Assembly (NCBI GenBank): GCA_963816185.1
Contig: CAWFJJ010000001.1
Location: 128,001 to 192,000 of the forward strand
Length of the DNA: 64,000 nt
Direction of reading: 5' to 3'
DNA from: Thermoanaerobaculia bacterium
GTDB lineage: Bacteria; Acidobacteriota; Thermoanaerobaculia; UBA5066
The first letter of the stretch is position 1. Each line of letters opens with the position of its first letter. The translations under genes and the position numbers were made by a program. Below are positions 59,401 through 64,000 of this stretch, piece after piece. The notes beneath the pieces were generated by a model that was not told the origin of the DNA, did no database searches, and saw only the letters and a program-made list of their open reading frames with translations.

Positions 59401-60654
59401 TCAGGCGGCTGGACCGGGAACCTCGGCTCCTTTCGGGATCACCACGACACCTCCCTCGGAGACGTGGAAGCGCTTGCGATCCTCCTCCGCGTCGAAGCCG
59501 ATCTCGGTGTGGGGCGGAATCTGCACGCCGCGGTCGACGATGACCCGGCGGAGGCGTGCGTAACGCCCCACGTCGACGCCGTCCATGAGCACGCACTCCT
59601 CGACGTGGGAGAACGAGTTGATCCTCACGCGCGGGAACAGGATCGAGCGGTGAATCGTGCCGCCCGAGATGATGCAGCCCGACGCGACCGTCGAGTCGGT
59701 CGCGATTCCGATACGCTGGGAGACCGCGTCCGCGAAGACGAACTTCGCGGGCGGCTGCTGCGAGGCGTGGCTCTTGAGCGGCCACTTGTGGTTGTAGAGG
59801 TTGAGCGGCGGCGTCACCGAGATCAGGTCCATCGAAGCATCCCAGTAGGAATCGATCGTGCCGACGTCCCGCCAGTAGGGCGCGAGATCCTCGGCTCCCG
59901 GGACGCGGTTCGTCGAGAAGTCGTACGCGTAGAGGCCCACGCCACCCGCCAGCAGCGCCGGGATGATCGTCTTGCCGAAGTCGTGGGAGGTGTCCTGAAG
60001 GGCGTCGTGCTCGAGCGCATCGATCAGGACGCCCGCGCGGAAGATGTAATTGCCCATCGACGCGAGCGCGAGGTCGGGGTGGCCGGGCATCGGGCGGGGC
60101 ACCGCGGGTTTCTCGTGGAAGTTGACGATCCTTCCGTTTTCATCGACGTCGAGGATGCCGAACCGGGAGGCCTCGGCGATCGGCACGGGAATCGCCGCGA
60201 TCGTGAGGTCGTGCCCGCCTTCCTCGTGGGCGAGGAGCATCGGGTTCACGTCCATCATGTAGATGTGGTCGCCGCCGAACACGCAGACGTGGTCGGGCTC
60301 CTCGTCGAAGATCAGGTCGAGATTCTGGTAGACCGCGTCCGCCGTCCCTCGGAACCAGTGCGGTCCGCGGCGCATCTGGGCCGGCACGGGATCCACGAAC
60401 TGTCCGATGTCGGAGCTCAGGCGCCAGGTGCGGATGATGTGCTCGATGAGCGAGTTCGACTTGAATTGCGTCAGGACCTTGATCTTCGTGAGGCCGGAGT
60501 TGACGCAGTTGTTGAGCGCGAAATCGATGATGCGATAACGGCCGCCGAACGGGACGGCGGGTTTCGCGCGATCCCGCGTGAGCGGAAACAGTCGCTCACC
60601 CATCCCGCCGGCGAGGATGATCGAGAGGACGTCGCGATGCTGCAGGATCTTCAC
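59401..60654 (-). CDS. glgC: Glucose-1-phosphate adenylyltransferase
   Basis: LAGG.GERL.PLT.DRAKPAVPFGG, GTADAV, EKP, DFG, YWRDVGT. Confidence 0.96.
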   Translation of the reverse strand: MKILQHRDVLSIILAGGMGERLFPLTRDRAKPAVPFGGRYRIIDFALNNCVNSGLTKIKVLTQFKSNSLIEHIIRTWRLSSDIGQFVDPVPAQMRRGPHWFRGTADAVYQNLDLIFDEEPDHVCVFGGDHIYMMDVNPMLLAHEEGGHDLTIAAIPVPIAEASRFGILDVDENGRIVNFHEKPAVPRPMPGHPDLALASMGNYIFRAGVLIDALEHDALQDTSHDFGKTIIPALLAGGVGLYAYDFSTNRVPGAEDLAPYWRDVGTIDSYWDASMDLISVTPPLNLYNHKWPLKSHASQQPPAKFVFADAVSQRIGIATDSTVASGCIISGGTIHRSILFPRVRINSFSHVEECVLMDGVDVGRYARLRRVIVDRGVQIPPHTEIGFDAEEDRKRFHVSEGGVVVIPKGAEVPGPAA

Positions 60655-60743
60655 GCGGCTCCCGCCCTGAGATGCCCCACGATCGTACCGCGTTCGGCGC
60701 TCCTTTCGGGGGTTGGCGCGCGTCGGGTATCGTAGCGGCGCGG

Positions 60744-61751
60744 ATGGCCACGAAGGATCCCTACGAGGTTCTCGGCGTCGATCGTAAGGCGAGCGAAGCC
60801 GAGATCAAGAAGGCGTACCGCCGTCTTGCGCGAAAGCACCATCCGGACGTGAACGTCTCGGACGCGGCCGCGAAGAGAAAGTTCCAGGAGATCGCCGCCG
60901 CTTATGAGGTCCTCAAGGACCCGAAGCGCCGGAAGCACTTCGACATGACCGGCGACGCCGGAGGCCCGCCCGAAGCCGGCGCGCCGCGCCCGTCCGGAGC
61001 CGGGCCGTTCGGCGGAGGCGGTCCGTTCGGTGGAACGCCCCGCGGGACCTCGGGCTTCCGCTGGTCGGGCGACTTCGGCGACCTCTTCTCCGATCTCTTC
61101 TCGGGCGCCCGCGCAGGAACGCCCCGCGGCTTCGACGAGGAGGACGACGACGCGGCAGCGGAGCTCACGATCTCCTTTCGGGACGCGGTCCTCGGCGGAA
61201 CCATCGCGCTGCAGATGCGATACCCGCGCCGTTGCAGCCGGTGCGGCGGGTCGGGCCGGGTGGGTACCTCGACCTGCCCCACGTGTCACGGCGCGGGAGA
61301 GGTCGTGTCGAAGGAGCGCCTCGCCGTACGCATTCCCGCCGGCGTCGCGACCGGCTCGAAGGTGCGCGTGCCGGGCAAGGGCCGCAGCGAGAAGGGTGAT
61401 CTCTACGTCGCCCTCACCGTCGTTCCGCACCCGTACTTCGTGCGCGAGGGCGACGACATCCTCGCCGAGGTGCCGGTGACGGTGTCGGAGGCTTACCTCG
61501 GCGCGGAGATCGACGTTCCGACGATTCACGGGCCCGTGCGGGCCCGAATCCCGCCCGGGACCGCCGGAGGCCAGCGTTTCCGGCTCAAGGGCTACGGGGT
61601 GAGGAGCGGGCGAGGGGTGGACGGGGACCACACCTACCGCGTCTCGATCGCGATGCCGGGGCGCCCCACGGACGAGGGACGCGCCCTCGCCGCCAAGTTC
61701 GCCGTGCTCTACGAGAAGGATCCGCGCGCAGACCTTCCGCGCGGGCTGTGA
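60744..61751 (+). CDS. DnaJ-class chaperone with shortened zinc-finger region
   Basis: J domain HPD, G/F region, only CSRCGGSG and CPTCHGAG repeats, DnaJ C-domain. Confidence 0.9.
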   Translation: MATKDPYEVLGVDRKASEAEIKKAYRRLARKHHPDVNVSDAAAKRKFQEIAAAYEVLKDPKRRKHFDMTGDAGGPPEAGAPRPSGAGPFGGGGPFGGTPRGTSGFRWSGDFGDLFSDLFSGARAGTPRGFDEEDDDAAAELTISFRDAVLGGTIALQMRYPRRCSRCGGSGRVGTSTCPTCHGAGEVVSKERLAVRIPAGVATGSKVRVPGKGRSEKGDLYVALTVVPHPYFVREGDDILAEVPVTVSEAYLGAEIDVPTIHGPVRARIPPGTAGGQRFRLKGYGVRSGRGVDGDHTYRVSIAMPGRPTDEGRALAAKFAVLYEKDPRADLPRGL

Positions 61752-61762
61752 CCGATCGCCTT

Positions 61763-62878
61763 CTACTGCCTCTCGGACATGTCCGTCAAGACCGCGAGAG
61801 CGCGGTCGACGGGGAAGTCCGGTCGGGTCGGGATCGTGAGGATCGAGCTCGACCCGCCAGGGAGGTAAGAGAGGCCCGTGTCCGTGCTCCAGTAGAACGT
61901 CGGGACGCCGGCCGGCGAGATGATCGTGCCGATTTCCATCTGGTACGGCAGGTCGATCTGGGTCGGGAGCGAGCGCTCGGTGAACGCCCGGCCGATGGGC
62001 GTGTGGCCGCGCGCGAACGACGTCCTTTGCGAGGGTGTGAGGCCGTCGGGCGGCACGAGCTTCGGAAGGTTGTCGGGAAACGCGAGGCGGATGACCTGCT
62101 GCGTGCGGGTCGCGAGATTCGCGAAGGACACGAGCACGCCGCCGTTCGTCCCCACGTCGCGCTGCAGGCCGGGGTGCGCGTACGACGACACGGGGAGGCC
62201 TGAGCTGTCGGTCGGGCCGGCGGCGCCGTTCAGCTCGTTGAGGTTCCACGCCGTGACGTCGTCGAGTCCGAGGCTGCCGTCCTCGATGAAGACGGCGGCA
62301 TAGCGGGCCTGCGAGGCGCCGCTCTCTTCCCACCACACGATGGAGAGAATCGAGCGGCTTTTCGTGACCAGCTGGCCGTCGGCGTTCGTGTCCGTGTACG
62401 TCTGGCGCGTCACGAGAAGCCTCGGACTGACCGAAATGTAGAGGCCGGGGTTCGGCAGGAAGCTGCCGTCGACCCAGGAGCCGTCGCGGCGGATCGCGAC
62501 CAGGACGTCCGAGAAGAAGCCGCGAACGCGGGAATACACGATGAAGACGGTCTGTGTCGCCTCGTCGAATTCGATCGACGACTCGAGCTTGAAGAAATCG
62601 TTCACGGTCCCGCCGACGACCTCGACCGTCGGCTGACCTCCGGGAGGGGTCGTGCGCAGCGCGAGGACGCGGAACGCCGCGTCGGATGCGTTCGCGCCGT
62701 TGACGACGTCACCGTAGGAAGCCGGGAACACCTCGTAGAGCGTTCCGTCCTTCGCGAGCACGGCGGACGCCGCGTCCGCCCGCCCCGCGAAAAGCCCGAA
62801 GGTCGCGAGCACGAGGAGGCCCGCGAGGGCAGAGGCGAGGCGGAAGGGAAGGCGGCGGGTGATCGAGCGGCGCTTCAC
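61763..62878 (-). CDS. Hypothetical exported protein
   Basis: GTG just after the TPR gene stop; signal peptide ending ADA; beta-rich body. Confidence 0.65.
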   Translation of the reverse strand: MKRRSITRRLPFRLASALAGLLVLATFGLFAGRADAASAVLAKDGTLYEVFPASYGDVVNGANASDAAFRVLALRTTPPGGQPTVEVVGGTVNDFFKLESSIEFDEATQTVFIVYSRVRGFFSDVLVAIRRDGSWVDGSFLPNPGLYISVSPRLLVTRQTYTDTNADGQLVTKSRSILSIVWWEESGASQARYAAVFIEDGSLGLDDVTAWNLNELNGAAGPTDSSGLPVSSYAHPGLQRDVGTNGGVLVSFANLATRTQQVIRLAFPDNLPKLVPPDGLTPSQRTSFARGHTPIGRAFTERSLPTQIDLPYQMEIGTIISPAGVPTFYWSTDTGLSYLPGGSSSILTIPTRPDFPVDRALAVLTDMSERQ

Positions 62879-62880
62879 GG

Positions 62881-63786
62881 TCAGCTCCGGAGGTTGATCA
62901 CGTTGCGGAAATCGAAGACCTCGAGGTACGCACGGAGGTTCTTGAATTCCGGGTAGAGGTTCGCGAGCCGGTCGAAGTAACCGCGCGCGGCGGCGTCGTC
63001 GCCCGCGAGGTGGCACGTCTCACCGAGGAGGTAGAGGAAGCTCTTCTCGACGGCGGGCTCCCCGCACAAGGGCACGCGCTCGAGGCCGCACTCGCCGAAA
63101 AAGCGAGCCTCCGCGTGCCGATCGCTCTTCAAGTACCCGAAGCACAGGTCCAGAAGAGGGTAGACCGTGTAGCTTCGGGCGTCCTCTCTCTCGAGCGTCT
63201 CGAAGGCCTCGTGTACGAAGGTGAGGCCTTCGGAAACGCGGTCGAGAGCGATGAGGCAATAGCCGAGGTTGTCGCGCCAGACGGCGCGAAAGATGGTGGA
63301 CACGCCTTCCCGCCCATCGGTCCTTTCGAGCGCGCGGCGGTAAATCGCCGCGGCTTCCTCGAAACGACTGTCGACGGTCAGCAGCATGCCCGACTGGTTG
63401 TCGCAATGCGCGAGGATCGCCTCGTCGCCGAGCGCCTCGGCGTGGCGGCGCGCGATACGGTTGTAGAAGAGCGCCTTCTCGAAGTCGCGGCGTAGCTCGT
63501 AAACGCGCGCCGACGCATGCGCGGCGCGAACGGCCGTCGCGGGGCTCGCGGACCGGAGCAGGACGCGCTTGAGCTCGACGAGGACGTCGTCCGCCGGACC
63601 CGCCTCGATCGCGGCGTAGGCGCGGCAGACGTACATCCAGTCTTCGAAGGCGGGGTCTTCGGTCTCACGAGCGGACTCGAGGGCCCGGTCATAAGCCGAA
63701 AGCGCGGCGGGAAACTCACCCTTCTCGAGCAGGGCGAGCGCTTCCTGGCGGGCCGCTTCCGCGGTGGCGCGCGGAGCTTCAGTCAT
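62881..63786 (-). CDS. Tetratricopeptide-repeat protein
   Basis: Repeated helical TPR patterns (A...Y.RALE, DNLGYCL, YLLGE...A..YF). Confidence 0.8.
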   Translation of the reverse strand: MTEAPRATAEAARQEALALLEKGEFPAALSAYDRALESARETEDPAFEDWMYVCRAYAAIEAGPADDVLVELKRVLLRSASPATAVRAAHASARVYELRRDFEKALFYNRIARRHAEALGDEAILAHCDNQSGMLLTVDSRFEEAAAIYRRALERTDGREGVSTIFRAVWRDNLGYCLIALDRVSEGLTFVHEAFETLEREDARSYTVYPLLDLCFGYLKSDRHAEARFFGECGLERVPLCGEPAVEKSFLYLLGETCHLAGDDAAARGYFDRLANLYPEFKNLRAYLEVFDFRNVINLRS

Positions 63787-64000
63787 CTCCGTCCCCGTCG
63801 TGGCTGTCGTCGCCGTCGGGCCGGGTCTTGTCGACCTGCATTCTCTTGAACGTGACGAATTCGCGGACTTCGCGGCGCGCGCCTTCGGGGAGGGCCGACC
63901 AGTCGCGCGCGAGAGGCGCCTCGTCGAACGGAGCCGGCGGTACGTCGGCCGCCGCCATGTCTGACGACCCCGCCTCGGCCGGGGGCTCCTCGAAGAAGTG
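63779..64000 (-). CDS. 3' end of a gene, probably an XRE-family HTH regulator (5' part outside window)
   Basis: HFFEE...DWSALPEGARREVREFVTFKR...DD*; stop overlaps the TPR gene start. Confidence 0.5.
   Translation of the reverse strand, partial: HFFEEPPAEAGSSDMAAADVPPAPFDEAPLARDWSALPEGARREVREFVTFKRMQVDKTRPDGDDSHDGDGDD

Overview
High-GC (roughly 70%) bacterial chromosome segment. Gene content and order suggest Acidobacteriota (inference). It is mostly housekeeping: rplU-rpmA-obgE-nadD-rsfS, dksA, holA, prfA/rpmE, prmC-murA, rsmI, trxB/ahpC, glgC, heme O/A synthesis, a rubrerythrin-FeS oxidoreductase-DUF3501 operon, an NSAR/M20/GNAT trio, a SNF2-SWIM pair, a VapBC45-like TA pair and a sigma54 two-component system. 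I saw no rRNA, tRNA, CRISPR array or transposase. About ten genes carry single-base frameshifts, most likely long-read consensus errors. The best unexplained signals are: (1) a sigma54-type promoter with upstream repeats driving an apparently non-coding, structured ~210-nt RNA at ~58471-58688 (- strand); (2) a dispersed AT-rich motif TTTCTTAGAAGG/TTCTTAG found at gene ends, in an inverted pair and inside a gene; (3) widespread -10 boxes 6-9 nt before start codons, implying leaderless mRNAs; (4) several proteins with degenerate catalytic motifs (PTPS-like, pseudo-histidine kinase, bEBP). All calls come from reading the sequence and recalling protein families; no searches were run.
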